From positions 1-56,107 of the forward strand of contig DLMY01000050.1 in assembly GCA_002478275.1 (NCBI GenBank): a DNA stretch of 56,107 nt, in the 5' to 3' direction. Positions 8,574-18,838 of this stretch are shown here, one piece after another. Both the position numbers and the translations under genes were made by a program. Each line of letters begins with the position of its first letter. Position 1 is the stretch's first letter. The notes under the pieces were generated by a model. That model did no database searches, was not told the DNA's origin, and saw nothing but the letters and a program-made list of their open reading frames with translations. Source of the stretch: Actinobacteria bacterium UBA7524. GTDB lineage: Bacteria > Actinomycetota > Coriobacteriia > Anaerosomatales > UBA912.

Positions 8574-10850
8574 TCACTGGATCGCCTGGGCAGCCGCGGT
8601 CATCACCGCATCGGTCACCACAACGGGTCCGCCCATGATCGATACTCTGTAGGTTGCGACCTTGTTCGCGGAGAGGATGTCACCACTGACCGCAGGTAGC
8701 GTCGCGGTCCTGGTGAGCAGCAAGGGACTGCCCCACGCGCCCGATGCCGCTCCGCCTGCCAGTGCGTCCGGGAAGTTCAGACCTGTAGCCAGCCCGGGCT
8801 CGTGCCAATGGAGTTCGGGCGAGATGTCCTCGCCAGTGGACTTGGCTGCGACTGCTCTTGCGGTGGCGTAGCGGTCCGCACCGGCGAGACGCACGGGAGT
8901 GCCGATCCCTGTGATCGAGTCGATGGCCTGGGCGACATCGGGTGAGACCACGTCCGGCCCGCCGACGATGAATACGCCCGAGGTGGCGCCAGCCTGGATG
9001 GCGTCAGCTGTGGTCTGCGGCAAAGTCGTGGTCTTGGCGAGGAGAACCGGGACACCGCTTGCATAGGCCCAGGGGGACGCCGCGAGAGCGTCTGGGAAGT
9101 TCAGGCCTGTTGCCACGAACACCCGGTTAGAATAGCGCGACCCCATCACGTACTTGACCTCACCTGCCACGGCTGCGGCGGTCTTGTAGCGATCAGCGCC
9201 GGCGACGCGTATCACGTTCATGCCGTTGGTTTCCAGGGTGGTCACGACGGTGTTTGATACGACGCTCTCGCCACCAACGACATAGACGCCGTTGACGCCA
9301 AGGAACAACAGGGTGTCGAGTACGTCTTGCGGCACGCTGTTGGTGTCTACCAGCAGGAGGGGACCCTCGACCGCGCCAGCGAGAGCGGATGCCGAGAGCG
9401 CATCGGGGAAATTGCGGCCGGTTGCGATCACCGCGCTGCTCGTCGAGGCCTCGGGAAGCGTTTTACTCCAGATATCGCACGCGGTCTCGTAGCGATTCCC
9501 ACCAGAAAGCCTGCGCACGACACCATCGTAGAGTTCGTAGCAGCCGATATCCGGCACGGCGCCCGAGATGTCGTCACCGTCGATCGGCCGCGGTCGGCCG
9601 TCGAGGTCGTGGTCGAGGTAACCCGGACTCGTCGTAGCCGTGTCGACGCAGGGGGATTCCCGTTCGACCCGATAGTCGGGGTTTTCGTCCGTGTCCGCTC
9701 TCAGGAAGAGAGGATCGATATCAGTGACCTCAGGATCAGCGATGAAGGCGTCGTCTGAGATGACGTTGTCGTAGGTCATCGTCGAGTTTGAGATGCCGGC
9801 AGGTGTGTTGGAGTAGACAACGCTGTCTACCAGGCTCGCCGTGCCTGAAACCGTTCGCACGAGCGTTGTCATCGCGGCGCCGTTGGGCGGAGAACAGAAG
9901 TTGTCGGCCATCGTGCAGTTGCGGATCGTGACCGCACCAGTGCCGTGCAGGACACCCGAAGTGCCGCTGGTCGTCGAGCTGTTTCCGGCGACGAGGTTGT
10001 TGATGAAGGAACCGTCACACTCGTAGAAGTAGAATCCGCCGCCCGTGCCACCTACAGCCGTACCTGCATGATTGAACGTGATCTCGTTGTCCTCGACATA
10101 GATCTCGTCGCCACGGCTCAGGTAGACACCGCCTCCCTCCGCCGTATCGCTGATAGCCCGGTTTCCGGTGATGACGGACCCGCGCAGTACTATCGTTCCG
10201 GCCCACAGGAGGCCTATGCCGCCGCCGGAACCGTGCGCCACGTTGTCCTCGATCCGACAGTCGAGAACCATGAACTGGGGTCCCTTGTTGCCTGGTCCGT
10301 TGAAACAGATGCCGCCGCCCAGTCCGTTGTCGATTGTCTCGTTGTCGTGTATCCAGCAGTCCCTGATCACGATGCTGTCGTCCGCGACATTCGAGAACAC
10401 GTAGATGCCGCTCCCCCAGTGCGGGACGACATCATCACTGCCGCCTCCGCTGATCTCAAGTCCGCAGATCTCGGTCAGCGAGGGATTCGTCACGAAGATG
10501 ACTGAGTCAACTCCGTTACCTCGCACTTTGGGCCTTCCGGGGCCGACTCCCAAGATGTCGATATTGCCCGAGATGGACAGGGGGAAGCTCTCTCCGGCTG
10601 CGGTGTCGTAGATTCCAGGCAGCACCTTGACGGCGTCGCCGCTGACCGCATGCGTGAGCGCTTCGGTGATCGTGCGGAACGGAGCGGTCTTGGCGCCGGT
10701 GCCGGTCGCGTCGTTGCCGGTGGGAGCAACCCACCACGTTGAGGTCGCGCCGCCAGCGGGTGCTGCAGGCAACAATGCCGTGACCAGGGTGAGCGCGAGC
10801 CCGCTCGTAAGTAGCCTGCGGGAAATCCGAAGACGAGAATGAGCAGACAT
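8574..10850 (-). CDS. Secreted beta-helix (pectin-lyase-like/DUF1565) protein with C-terminal cell wall binding repeat 2 (CWB2) domains
   Basis: Signal peptide; GNDATGTGAKTAPFRTITEAL; GGG-I/V repeats; three ATGxNFPDAL...PxLL motifs. Confidence 0.85.
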   Translation of the reverse strand: MSAHSRLRISRRLLTSGLALTLVTALLPAAPAGGATSTWWVAPTGNDATGTGAKTAPFRTITEALTHAVSGDAVKVLPGIYDTAAGESFPLSISGNIDILGVGPGRPKVRGNGVDSVIFVTNPSLTEICGLEISGGGSDDVVPHWGSGIYVFSNVADDSIVIRDCWIHDNETIDNGLGGGICFNGPGNKGPQFMVLDCRIEDNVAHGSGGGIGLLWAGTIVLRGSVITGNRAISDTAEGGGVYLSRGDEIYVEDNEITFNHAGTAVGGTGGGFYFYECDGSFINNLVAGNSSTTSGTSGVLHGTGAVTIRNCTMADNFCSPPNGAAMTTLVRTVSGTASLVDSVVYSNTPAGISNSTMTYDNVISDDAFIADPEVTDIDPLFLRADTDENPDYRVERESPCVDTATTSPGYLDHDLDGRPRPIDGDDISGAVPDIGCYELYDGVVRRLSGGNRYETACDIWSKTLPEASTSSAVIATGRNFPDALSASALAGAVEGPLLLVDTNSVPQDVLDTLLFLGVNGVYVVGGESVVSNTVVTTLETNGMNVIRVAGADRYKTAAAVAGEVKYVMGSRYSNRVFVATGLNFPDALAASPWAYASGVPVLLAKTTTLPQTTADAIQAGATSGVFIVGGPDVVSPDVAQAIDSITGIGTPVRLAGADRYATARAVAAKSTGEDISPELHWHEPGLATGLNFPDALAGGAASGAWGSPLLLTRTATLPAVSGDILSANKVATYRVSIMGGPVVVTDAVMTAAAQAIQ

Positions 10851-11071
10851 GAGTGCCCCCCTCTTGCGTGCGCCAGTTCGTCCGGCGCCTTGTGAATCAG
10901 TACCCTGTTCCCGAGGTGGCATGACTGCCGCTTGCCGATTCGTAGTCCTTGCCTCGCGCTCGCCCTCGAGTACTCAAGATGGTGCGAGGGAAGTAAGGGG
11001 TCGACCGGGTTGGGGCGACCGGGATTGTTGTCCGAGTCAGGCGCCCTCGCTATACTCGCCTTTGCGCTCGA

Positions 11072-11139
11072 AGCCGCCTGTGTGCGGCTCGCGCCACCGC
11101 GGAGAGGTGGCAGAGTGGTTGAATGCGGCGGTCTCGAAA
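11072..11139 (+). repeat. Left att repeat (tRNA leader plus 5' half to end of anticodon loop)
   Basis: AGCCGCCTGTGTGCGG...GCGGTCTCGAAA identical to 25319-25386. Confidence 0.95.
11101..11139 (+). pseudogene. Truncated 5' half of tRNA-Ser(CGA)
   Basis: Matches 25348-25386 then diverges right after the anticodon loop; no T arm follows. Confidence 0.9.
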
Positions 11140-11216
11140 GCCTCGGAACCGCAGGTCACAGGCATAGTTTGCCCCAGATAGAATCTTGAGCGGCCCCTAC
11201 TAGGGAGGGGCCGTCT

Positions 11217-11277
11217 TGGTGTCCGGAGTGGTGTCCGTGGTGTCGCCGGAGGTCACGTCGGACACATCGGTCACGTC
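11217..11277. repeat. Short repeat cluster inside left end: 3x TGGTGTC then 3x 9-mer GGWCACRTC
   Basis: TGGTGTC at 11217, 11229, 11238; GGTCACGTC GGACACATC GGTCACGTC at 11251-11277. Confidence 0.8.
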
Positions 11278-12362
11278 CCTGACGAGGCGATCCACTTCGC
11301 CACGGTATCCGGCCTCGTGGCTCGGTACCCCTCTTCTTCGGCGAGCGCTGCCGTGATCATCGCCGCGGTCCGCGTAGGGTCCTCGAAGTGCAGTTCGACG
11401 GCGCGCTTGCGACGTTGCTCGTAGGCCAACTGCTTGCACGCCTGGTCGCAGTAGCGTCGGTTGCCCCGTGCGACCCCGCTGTGGCGCACCCGCCAACGCC
11501 CGCACCTGTGACAACGCAGGAAGCCTGGCACCGCACCCTGGGCCTGGGCGAGTTGGTACCACATTAGCCGCCAGAGGCTGTCAGGGATCACTTGCAGCGA
11601 GTACCGCTTCTTCTCGTCGTCCACTGTGACGGCGTGGCTCAGGCCGTTCGCTAAGAAGACGTTGGTGATCTCGGCGAGGAGCGCCTGGCGGTACTCCTTG
11701 GTGTAGGCGTTCCCCTTGCGTGAGGGAAGTCGCAGAGTACTCTCACTTGCGTCGAGCGAGGCAGGAGTATGCAACAGGGCAAACGACGTCGTGGGCTTCG
11801 CGCCGAGCTTCCGGTCGAGCCACTGGGTCGTCCATGAGAGTGCCTGCTTCTTGCGCGCAAGGTCAGTATCTGAGTCTGCCTGCCACAGGCGCACGGCAAG
11901 GTGCATGAAATCCGCTGCGGCCCTCCAAGATGCAAGGGACTCGCCCTGGGTGTAGCACAGACCCTCCATGTTCCACACCTGAACGGACGGCAGACTCTCC
12001 TCTAGGCCGAGAAGGCCGTACGTCGCAGCGAAGGTAGCGCAGGCGCGCTCGAACTCGGCCCCGTTCTTGGTGGCCAGCTCCGCGAAGTTGAGGAACAGAG
12101 CGCCGTGCTCGATATCGAGGGGATCGTACCGCGCCGCGGACATGAGGTCGTCGATGCACTGATAGATCTCTCGGTGGACGGGGCTGCCACCTTTCGGATA
12201 GCGGCCTCCGCCAACGACTGCGTATTCCGGCCAACCCAGCATCCAGACCCGTTCTGCGAGGGCATCAGAGGGGTCGAGATCGGCGAAACCAACGCATGCC
12301 GGAGCCCTCTCCCAGCTGAATGCGACAAGCAGATCGGGTTTCGCCTCGTAGTCCTCGAGCAT
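11271..12362 (-). CDS. Hypothetical protein with CGNR-type zinc finger; putative element regulator
   Basis: CHRCGRW...NRRYCDQACKQLAYEQRRK; ATG after AGAAAG; divergent from the primase. Confidence 0.7.
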   Translation of the reverse strand: MLEDYEAKPDLLVAFSWERAPACVGFADLDPSDALAERVWMLGWPEYAVVGGGRYPKGGSPVHREIYQCIDDLMSAARYDPLDIEHGALFLNFAELATKNGAEFERACATFAATYGLLGLEESLPSVQVWNMEGLCYTQGESLASWRAAADFMHLAVRLWQADSDTDLARKKQALSWTTQWLDRKLGAKPTTSFALLHTPASLDASESTLRLPSRKGNAYTKEYRQALLAEITNVFLANGLSHAVTVDDEKKRYSLQVIPDSLWRLMWYQLAQAQGAVPGFLRCHRCGRWRVRHSGVARGNRRYCDQACKQLAYEQRRKRAVELHFEDPTRTAAMITAALAEEEGYRATRPDTVAKWIASSGT

Positions 12363-12484
12363 CTTTCTGAGTCCGTTTCGTGCGGGACGTACGATTTCTC
12401 GACGATAGCGTACTACGCAAACGCGGTCCCCTGCACCTAGCGAGATCGCACGAGGTGGTCTCACGGGCAAGGAAGGGGGCCGAA

Positions 12485-14845
12485 ATGGCCAACGACAAGG
12501 TGGGGGATTCCTCCCCGATCCCCGCAGAACTCCGCCAGCGCAAGCAGTGGGTCTGCGCGAAAGACAAGGTGCCAAAGCGTCCGGATGCCCCGACGCGCAA
12601 CGCCAGCACCACGGACCCCGCGACCTGGGGCACCTACGAGCAAGCGCGAGCAGCGGTCGAGGCGGGCAAGGCAGAAGAGGCGGGCTTCGTCTTTGCTGGA
12701 GACGATCCGTACGTGGGCATCGACCTGGATCACTGTCGCGATCCCGAGACTGGCGAGATCGAGGTATGGGCCCGGGAGATCATCGAACGGCTGGACTCGT
12801 TCTCGCAGCCGTCAGTCTCGGGGACTGGCGTGCACGTCTTCGTGCGCGGGGTCGTGGCGAGTGCGTACAAGAAGGGTAACGTCGAGGTTTACGACCGCGG
12901 GCGTTACTTCGTGACGCCCGAGACGCACCTGGACGGCACGCCCACGAGCATCCGCGACGTCGGCGACGTTTTGACCCTGCTCGATGACCTGCTGCCGCGG
13001 AAGGCCAAGCCAACTAGGGTGAAGACTCCTACACCGGATGCCGACATCAGCCTCCGGGCAAGCGACGAAGACGTCGTGCGTGCGCTGTCGCGGGGCTCGA
13101 ACGCGTCGAAATTCAAGGCGCTCTACGACGGTCGGTGGGAGCGTGCGGGAGATTACCCCTCGAAGTCCGAGGCCGACTGCGCGCTTGTGTCCATACTCGC
13201 CGAGAAGTGTTCCTCGCCAGCCCAGATCGACCGCATCTTCCGGTCATCAGGGCTCATGGATGCTAAGTGGGACGAGGTCCACTACGGTGACGGCGAGACG
13301 TACGGTCAGCACACCATCCGCTACGTCCTCGAGTCCCGGCATGCGAGCCAAGATGGTGCGCTGGGCACCATGACGGAGCAGATCTTGGCGATGCTCGAGG
13401 GACTCGAGCTGTTCTGCGATCCGAGTGGGGAGGCGTATGTCGCGGTCGAGATCAACGAGCGCAGCGAGGTGCATCGCATCGAGTCCACCCCGTTCGAGCG
13501 TCTTCTCGGAGAACTCTCGTACCGCTCGTATGGCAAGGCGCCGTCGGCTGAGGTGACCAATGCCGTCGTTGCGACGCTCGCCGCCCGTGCGCGATACGAG
13601 GGCAGTGTGGAAGAGGTCTTCGTTCGCGTCGGCAGGGCTCCTGGCAAGGTCTATGTCGATCTCGGCGATTCCACGCGACGCGTCGTCGAAATCGATGAGG
13701 AAGGCTGGCGGATCCTCGATGCCAGTCCGATTCGCTTCAGGCGTCGGGCCGGCATGCTGGCGCTTCCCACACCCGAGCATGATGGCTCGCTGGGCTGGTT
13801 GCGCGCCTGCCTGAATGTTCCGGAGGACGGCGCTTGGGCCCTCGTGCTGGGCTTGCTCGTGGGCGCGCTGCACCCCGAGGGTCCGTATCCTGTAGGAATC
13901 CTCCACGGCGAACAGGGGAGTGCGAAGTCAACCGCGGCCAGACTGATACGAGCGCTTGTGGACCCGGCATCGCCGCCTCTGCGCGGCACCCCCGGGTCCG
14001 TGGATGACCTCGTCATCGGTGCGTCGAGTTCATGGATGCTCGCCTTCGACAATCTCTCTGGTATCTCAGGCGTCTACTCCGACGTGATCTGCCAACTCTC
14101 CACGGGAGGCGGCTACGCGAAGCGCAGGCTCTACCGCGACGACGACGAGATCCTGTTTGACCTGAAGCGGCCCGTGCTCATCAACGGAATCAACGACCTG
14201 GCCAAGCGTGAGGATCTCGCGTCGCGGGCCCTGATCATCCGCATGCCACACATCCCCCGCTCCGAGAGGCGCCGGGAGGCCGTGATCATGGCGGAGTTCG
14301 AGGCGATGTACCCCAAGGTCCTTGGGGCGCTCTATGACGCCGTCTCGTGTGCACTCGGCCGAGTCTCCGAAGTCGAACTCAACGGTCATCCTCGCATGGC
14401 TGACTTCGCCGCGTGGATCGTGGCGGCGGAACCGGCGCTGCCCCTGGAGGATGGTGAGTTCCTGCGGGCCTACGAGCACAACCAGGAAGAGGTGGTGATG
14501 ACCGCGCTTGAAAGTGATGCGGTTGCAGTCGGCATCATCAACCTCGCCTACAGCCAACCGGGATGGCAGGGCACTATGAGCGAGATGCTGCACATCCTTA
14601 ACCGGGACATCGGCGAGGACCATCGGCGCGACCGGTGGTGGCCGAAGAACGCACGTGCGCTGAGCGACCGCGTCAGCCGGTTGGCGAGCTTCCTCTCTTC
14701 GGCGGGTGTCACGGTTGAGCATGCGAGGGACAACGAACGGAACCGGCGCAAGATCATCGTCCTACACGTCGATGACACCGTCCCCCGGGTGCACCTGGAC
14801 GAAGGCTACTTCGACTCCTTCATCCTCCAGAAGAGAGACTCCTGA
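12485..14845 (+). CDS. NrS-1-like primase-polymerase fused to a P-loop ATPase/helicase
   Basis: ASTTDPATWGTY, GIDLDHC, SVSGTGVHVF, EVYDRGRYF; helical-bundle motif SEAD..L...QIDRIFRSSGL..KWD; Walker A GEQGSAKS, FDN. Confidence 0.85.
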   Translation: MANDKVGDSSPIPAELRQRKQWVCAKDKVPKRPDAPTRNASTTDPATWGTYEQARAAVEAGKAEEAGFVFAGDDPYVGIDLDHCRDPETGEIEVWAREIIERLDSFSQPSVSGTGVHVFVRGVVASAYKKGNVEVYDRGRYFVTPETHLDGTPTSIRDVGDVLTLLDDLLPRKAKPTRVKTPTPDADISLRASDEDVVRALSRGSNASKFKALYDGRWERAGDYPSKSEADCALVSILAEKCSSPAQIDRIFRSSGLMDAKWDEVHYGDGETYGQHTIRYVLESRHASQDGALGTMTEQILAMLEGLELFCDPSGEAYVAVEINERSEVHRIESTPFERLLGELSYRSYGKAPSAEVTNAVVATLAARARYEGSVEEVFVRVGRAPGKVYVDLGDSTRRVVEIDEEGWRILDASPIRFRRRAGMLALPTPEHDGSLGWLRACLNVPEDGAWALVLGLLVGALHPEGPYPVGILHGEQGSAKSTAARLIRALVDPASPPLRGTPGSVDDLVIGASSSWMLAFDNLSGISGVYSDVICQLSTGGGYAKRRLYRDDDEILFDLKRPVLINGINDLAKREDLASRALIIRMPHIPRSERRREAVIMAEFEAMYPKVLGALYDAVSCALGRVSEVELNGHPRMADFAAWIVAAEPALPLEDGEFLRAYEHNQEEVVMTALESDAVAVGIINLAYSQPGWQGTMSEMLHILNRDIGEDHRRDRWWPKNARALSDRVSRLASFLSSAGVTVEHARDNERNRRKIIVLHVDDTVPRVHLDEGYFDSFILQKRDS

Positions 14846-14864
14846 GCGGATGCGCACCGCAGAT

Positions 14865-14925
14865 GATGTGTCCGACGTGACCGGAGAGCCTGTCACAACG
14901 ACGGAAGGGTCACGTCGGACACATC
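14865..14925. repeat. Perfect 18-bp inverted repeat after the primase gene; candidate replication origin
   Basis: GATGTGTCCGACGTGACC (14865-14882), 25-bp spacer, GGTCACGTCGGACACATC (14908-14925). Confidence 0.85.
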
Positions 14926-15048
14926 GGACGCGTGTCGGTCGGCGCGGATGCGTGCCTGGATGTCAGAGGCAGGGCAGAAGATGCACGATATGGAGGATGA
15001 CTACGATCCATTCCGACTGTTTGCAGAGCGAGGCGAGGGGGTGTCCCG

Positions 15049-15468
15049 TTGGTTCCAGGTAGAGCAGATCTCCTCGCGGTCGCCGCGTTCGCACCCCGCT
15101 TCGACGCCCCTGACTTCGTCGTGGGCTGGGATGTGCCGGGCTCCGTTGGTGAGGACGGCGTGGTCTCGATCGGTTGGTGGGAGCACTCACCCGCCGTATC
15201 CGAGTGGGCGCAGGCGCTATACGATCACCACATCATCGACCCGGAGTGCGACTATATGGGTGAGGCGAACCGGGAGTTGGGGCGGCAGGCGTTCGAGGCC
15301 CCTGAGTTGATTGGGACTCTCGAACTGCCCGCGCTTCGGATGTTGATGACAGCAATCGCACGCTCCGACCGCTTCGACTGGGGGAGCGGCCTATACGAAG
15401 AGGCGTTCGAGAAGGGGATCGCCCAGGCAGCCACAAGGCGGCTGGGAGAACTAGCCCTTGGCGGGTAA
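15049..15468 (+). CDS. DUF6508-like hypothetical protein
   Basis: LMTAIARSDRF...G..EEAFEKG....TRRL motif; start uncertain. Confidence 0.65.
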   Translation: MVPGRADLLAVAAFAPRFDAPDFVVGWDVPGSVGEDGVVSIGWWEHSPAVSEWAQALYDHHIIDPECDYMGEANRELGRQAFEAPELIGTLELPALRMLMTAIARSDRFDWGSGLYEEAFEKGIAQAATRRLGELALGG

Positions 15469-15477
15469 GGAGCATGG

Positions 15478-16167
15478 ATGAATGAAGAAGCACGCACGCA
15501 TCTTGAGCGGTATCGCAGCGAGTGGAGCGCGGTTGATGACACGCTCTACGCTCTTTGCGCTGGAGACAATCGGCCACACACATCTCGTCCTGTTGTCTTC
15601 GCGAAGGTGATCCTAATTGCAAGGGCCTACTCAACTCAGATTGAAAGGGGAATTCCTCTCGCGCCCGAGGACCGCATGGGATCGGGTTCGGCAATCACCC
15701 TCCTCGCCGACTGGATGTGCAAGAGCCAACAGCGGGTGGACGCACTCATAGCCCCTCTCCCGGCTGCCGATGCGGCGCCGTCCGCTGAGAACCTGCAGGT
15801 CTCTTGCAGCGCTGTACACGGACTGGTCAAGTTGCTCGTCGAAGGGCTCCTGTTGGAGCAGAGAGACAAGGTCGAGCAATCCGGGCGAAGGCGACCAAGG
15901 AACTACTCGCCCGTCTCCTTCGCGTCGAAGTACCTCCACTTCCACGCCCCCTGCGTACCGGTGTATGACTCCTACGCGGTGAACCATGCAAAGGACCTGC
16001 GTAAGCGTACGGAGTATGCAGACCTGGTGCTTGAGTGTCCGACTCTCACAGCCGACTACGCACGCTACTGCCGCGCATTGTGGGCTGCATCACGAACGAC
16101 TGGTTACGAGGATCTGACCGTCAAAGAGCTCGACGCAATCCTTCTGTCGACCAAGTGGTCTTCGTAG
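15478..16167 (+). CDS. Hypothetical protein, possible HhH-GPD/OGG-fold glycosylase-like
   Basis: AAGGAG RBS; SFASKYLHF..P..PVYDS and KELD motifs. Confidence 0.65.
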   Translation: MNEEARTHLERYRSEWSAVDDTLYALCAGDNRPHTSRPVVFAKVILIARAYSTQIERGIPLAPEDRMGSGSAITLLADWMCKSQQRVDALIAPLPAADAAPSAENLQVSCSAVHGLVKLLVEGLLLEQRDKVEQSGRRRPRNYSPVSFASKYLHFHAPCVPVYDSYAVNHAKDLRKRTEYADLVLECPTLTADYARYCRALWAASRTTGYEDLTVKELDAILLSTKWSS

Positions 16168-16218
16168 CCCGGATGTCACCAGTGCAAGGTTGCCCAGTGT
16201 TGCACTTGAACTCGAGCG

Positions 16219-17430
16219 TCACGCGTCGCGGTTCCCGCCGAACTTCGACTGCACGATGAACGGCAGCGCCACGGCGACCACAGCCACGACTCCCTTGACG
16301 GTCTTGGTGCCTACCTCCACACCTGCCGTCTTCAACTGTCCAGGGTCGTTGAGCGCGTCCATCCAGCGTGTTGGCACCATTGACCCTCGCTCGTCCTCGA
16401 TTCCCAGTGGAGCATGGAACTCACTGACGATCTCGGCGGTGGAGTTGAACGAGTCAACGACCGACCGCGCGGCAGGGAGATGCAGCAACACATTCGAGTT
16501 CGCAATCGCTCCTGCTCGCCTCATACGATCGATCAAGTGGCCGGTCGTCATAGCGATGTCCTTGCGACGCTCTCGTTGAGCCTCAAACAGGGCACGACGG
16601 TGCCCGCCAACGTCACCCGGAGCAGTCTCAAGCACGTGCTCAATCTCGAGCACCGCAAACTCATCTTGGAGCTGAAAACAACGGGCCAGAACGGCGAGCC
16701 AGACGCTCACTTCCCGCTCAACGTCGTCGGCCGCCTTGGCAAGTTGACCGACCTTCTTCTTGCGGTCCATCTTGTCGGCGAGGGCGCGAAGGCTCCGTAG
16801 GGCCAGCGCTTGTACCTCGAACAGCGTGCCCGACTCCGAATCAACCTTGCCCCAAGCGGTCTCTATGTTCCCGCCGTGCTCACGAATGGCCATGGCTTCC
16901 TTAATCGCGAGTGCAGCCCGATCCATCTTCGCCAAGACCTTGTCTCGCTCATTGCGCCGGGCATCGTCGAGCTTCTCGTCAATCCTGAGAAGCAGTGCTT
17001 TGAGCTCGTCTGCCTCGGACTGTTTGGCGAGCTGCATCATCAGCCCGCCAACGCCTGACAGAAGTACTGGATTGGTCCCGAGCGATCCTGCCCCGCTCTC
17101 AATCTGGATCCATTTCTCGATGGACCCTCGCGTTCCGATCATCGCGTGGCTGACACCGGGGGTCTTCGTCGGCGTCAGGCCAAACTGACGGACGCGCTCC
17201 GCGGACTCCCTTGTCAGCTTCACGTATCGCCCGGAGTTCTCAGCGACATCAGACGCCACGTGAGCGACCTCAGACCCGATTTCGAGCGCTCGCCCAATCT
17301 GCAAGTCCGTCGACGCTGACAAGAGGCCAATCGAGTCGAGGAACCGCTCGACAGCACCGGGCGCGCCAATAACCGCCAAGCCATCGTCGTCGCCAACCAG
17401 TTGGATCTCGTCAGAAGTCCGGTCCGTCAT
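16219..17430 (-). CDS. Hypothetical coiled-coil protein with C-terminal hydrophobic helix
   Basis: Long ORF directly downstream of mrr; GGGGG before ATG. Confidence 0.75.
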   Translation of the reverse strand: MTDRTSDEIQLVGDDDGLAVIGAPGAVERFLDSIGLLSASTDLQIGRALEIGSEVAHVASDVAENSGRYVKLTRESAERVRQFGLTPTKTPGVSHAMIGTRGSIEKWIQIESGAGSLGTNPVLLSGVGGLMMQLAKQSEADELKALLLRIDEKLDDARRNERDKVLAKMDRAALAIKEAMAIREHGGNIETAWGKVDSESGTLFEVQALALRSLRALADKMDRKKKVGQLAKAADDVEREVSVWLAVLARCFQLQDEFAVLEIEHVLETAPGDVGGHRRALFEAQRERRKDIAMTTGHLIDRMRRAGAIANSNVLLHLPAARSVVDSFNSTAEIVSEFHAPLGIEDERGSMVPTRWMDALNDPGQLKTAGVEVGTKTVKGVVAVVAVALPFIVQSKFGGNRDA

Positions 17431-17475
17431 CGGTGCTCGCCCCCCTACGCCGTTGCCGAATGAACGATCCCCCAT

Positions 17476-18507
17476 TTAGTCCTCATCCATCTTGGGCGCT
17501 GGGACGTAAACGCTGCGCAAAGGCAGAACGCCCTTATACTTCGAGTCGAAGGCTTCGTAGTACTCAAGCACTAGATCCACGAGTTCCGCGCCATCCACCA
17601 GCTGCAGGTTGTGCTTGTTCTGCGCGAAGTCCCTTGCCTGCTTGGTGTACTCGCCTAGCGTGACCAGGAGCCCAAACTCCTTGTTGTCAACGTTGCCGTA
17701 CAGGGCTTGGACGTCGGGCGCGCCCACTTTGCCCTCCGTACTCTTCACCTGGATCTTGACGATCGGGCCCTCGAACCCGAGGGAGTCCTTGCTCGCAGTA
17801 ATGTCGATACCGCCGTCAGGGCCAGGAGGTGCCACTTTCGTGCGGTACCCCATCGTGCGCATCAGGTGGGCTACGAATCCGGCGAAGGGGTGACCTTTCA
17901 GTTCTGTTGCGAGCGTCTTGAGGATGAAGTCCCGCGTTGTCTGCTCGATTTCCTCGACCACCAGCGCCACAGTGGGGTCTTCGTCAACCGGCGCCACCGG
18001 AGCAGCCCCCTCCAGAGCCGACAGGAACTCGTCGGCGTAGTTCTTGACCTGGAACAGGGTGAGCGCGGAGCCGATCTCGTACAGCGCTCCCTGAGAGAAG
18101 TGGGTGCGCGGCAGCGACTTCAACCATTTCACGGGGCGAACGCTGGCATAGGGATCGTCGGCTGTACCAGCGTACTTGTCGGCCATCTCAGGACGGAAGG
18201 CATACGGCCCTGTCACCTTGCCGATGTGGACCTCTCGATCTACCTGAGAGGGGTAGATGAACAGGTCGCCTTCCTCGACCTCGTGAGCGAAGCGGTACAG
18301 CACGCCCGCATATACCGGCACGGCACCCGCCTTGGTTGTCGGATACGCGGCAAGTACGGCGGCCTTGTACGCTTCCCGGTCAGCGCCGATCTTTGACAGG
18401 TCTCCGACGTCCGCCCAGCCTATGGCGACGACGTTCTCCTTCTTGAACTCGGCGTCCCCCTCGGCGTACTTGCCGGCATGAATTCCCCAGACCGTGACAT
18501 CCCCCAT
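17476..18507 (-). CDS. Mrr-family (type IV) restriction endonuclease
   Basis: PDGGIDI...QVKS catalytic motif; GLLVTLG.YT..A..FA; LQLVDG.ELV.L. Confidence 0.88.
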   Translation of the reverse strand: MGDVTVWGIHAGKYAEGDAEFKKENVVAIGWADVGDLSKIGADREAYKAAVLAAYPTTKAGAVPVYAGVLYRFAHEVEEGDLFIYPSQVDREVHIGKVTGPYAFRPEMADKYAGTADDPYASVRPVKWLKSLPRTHFSQGALYEIGSALTLFQVKNYADEFLSALEGAAPVAPVDEDPTVALVVEEIEQTTRDFILKTLATELKGHPFAGFVAHLMRTMGYRTKVAPPGPDGGIDITASKDSLGFEGPIVKIQVKSTEGKVGAPDVQALYGNVDNKEFGLLVTLGEYTKQARDFAQNKHNLQLVDGAELVDLVLEYYEAFDSKYKGVLPLRSVYVPAPKMDED

Positions 18508-18838
18508 GGCCGCCCTCTCTCGAAGTGATCCGACACGAGGTTAGCACTCGGCCACGACAAGTCTTCGTGCGTCTTGGCGGCCCCGGTATGCCAACGGCCA
18601 CCATCCTCGCCACCAATTCTAACGCTGCGAGCGTGGCTTCGTGCTCAAGTGCGGCGGTTCTCGGAAGCGCCAACGTTTCCCCCGGGATCCGCTGCCCACT
18701 CAATCCAGACAGGCTTGCTAGGGATTGGCTCGTCGAGTCGATAGCGAACAGTCCTACGCCTCGGTGTCCGCGAAACCGGTATGTCTGGTCCTCGCCGGAA
18801 GCAGAATCCTGGTGTCCCAGAAACCGAAGGAGGAGCCA

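Noticed and set aside
11101..11190. A second complete tRNA-Ser
   Set aside because: No 3' anticodon stem, T arm or acceptor strand; it is the att remnant
14948..15060. Possible frameshifted N-terminus of the DUF6508-like gene at a G-run
   Set aside because: Plausible but cannot be supported without homologue alignment
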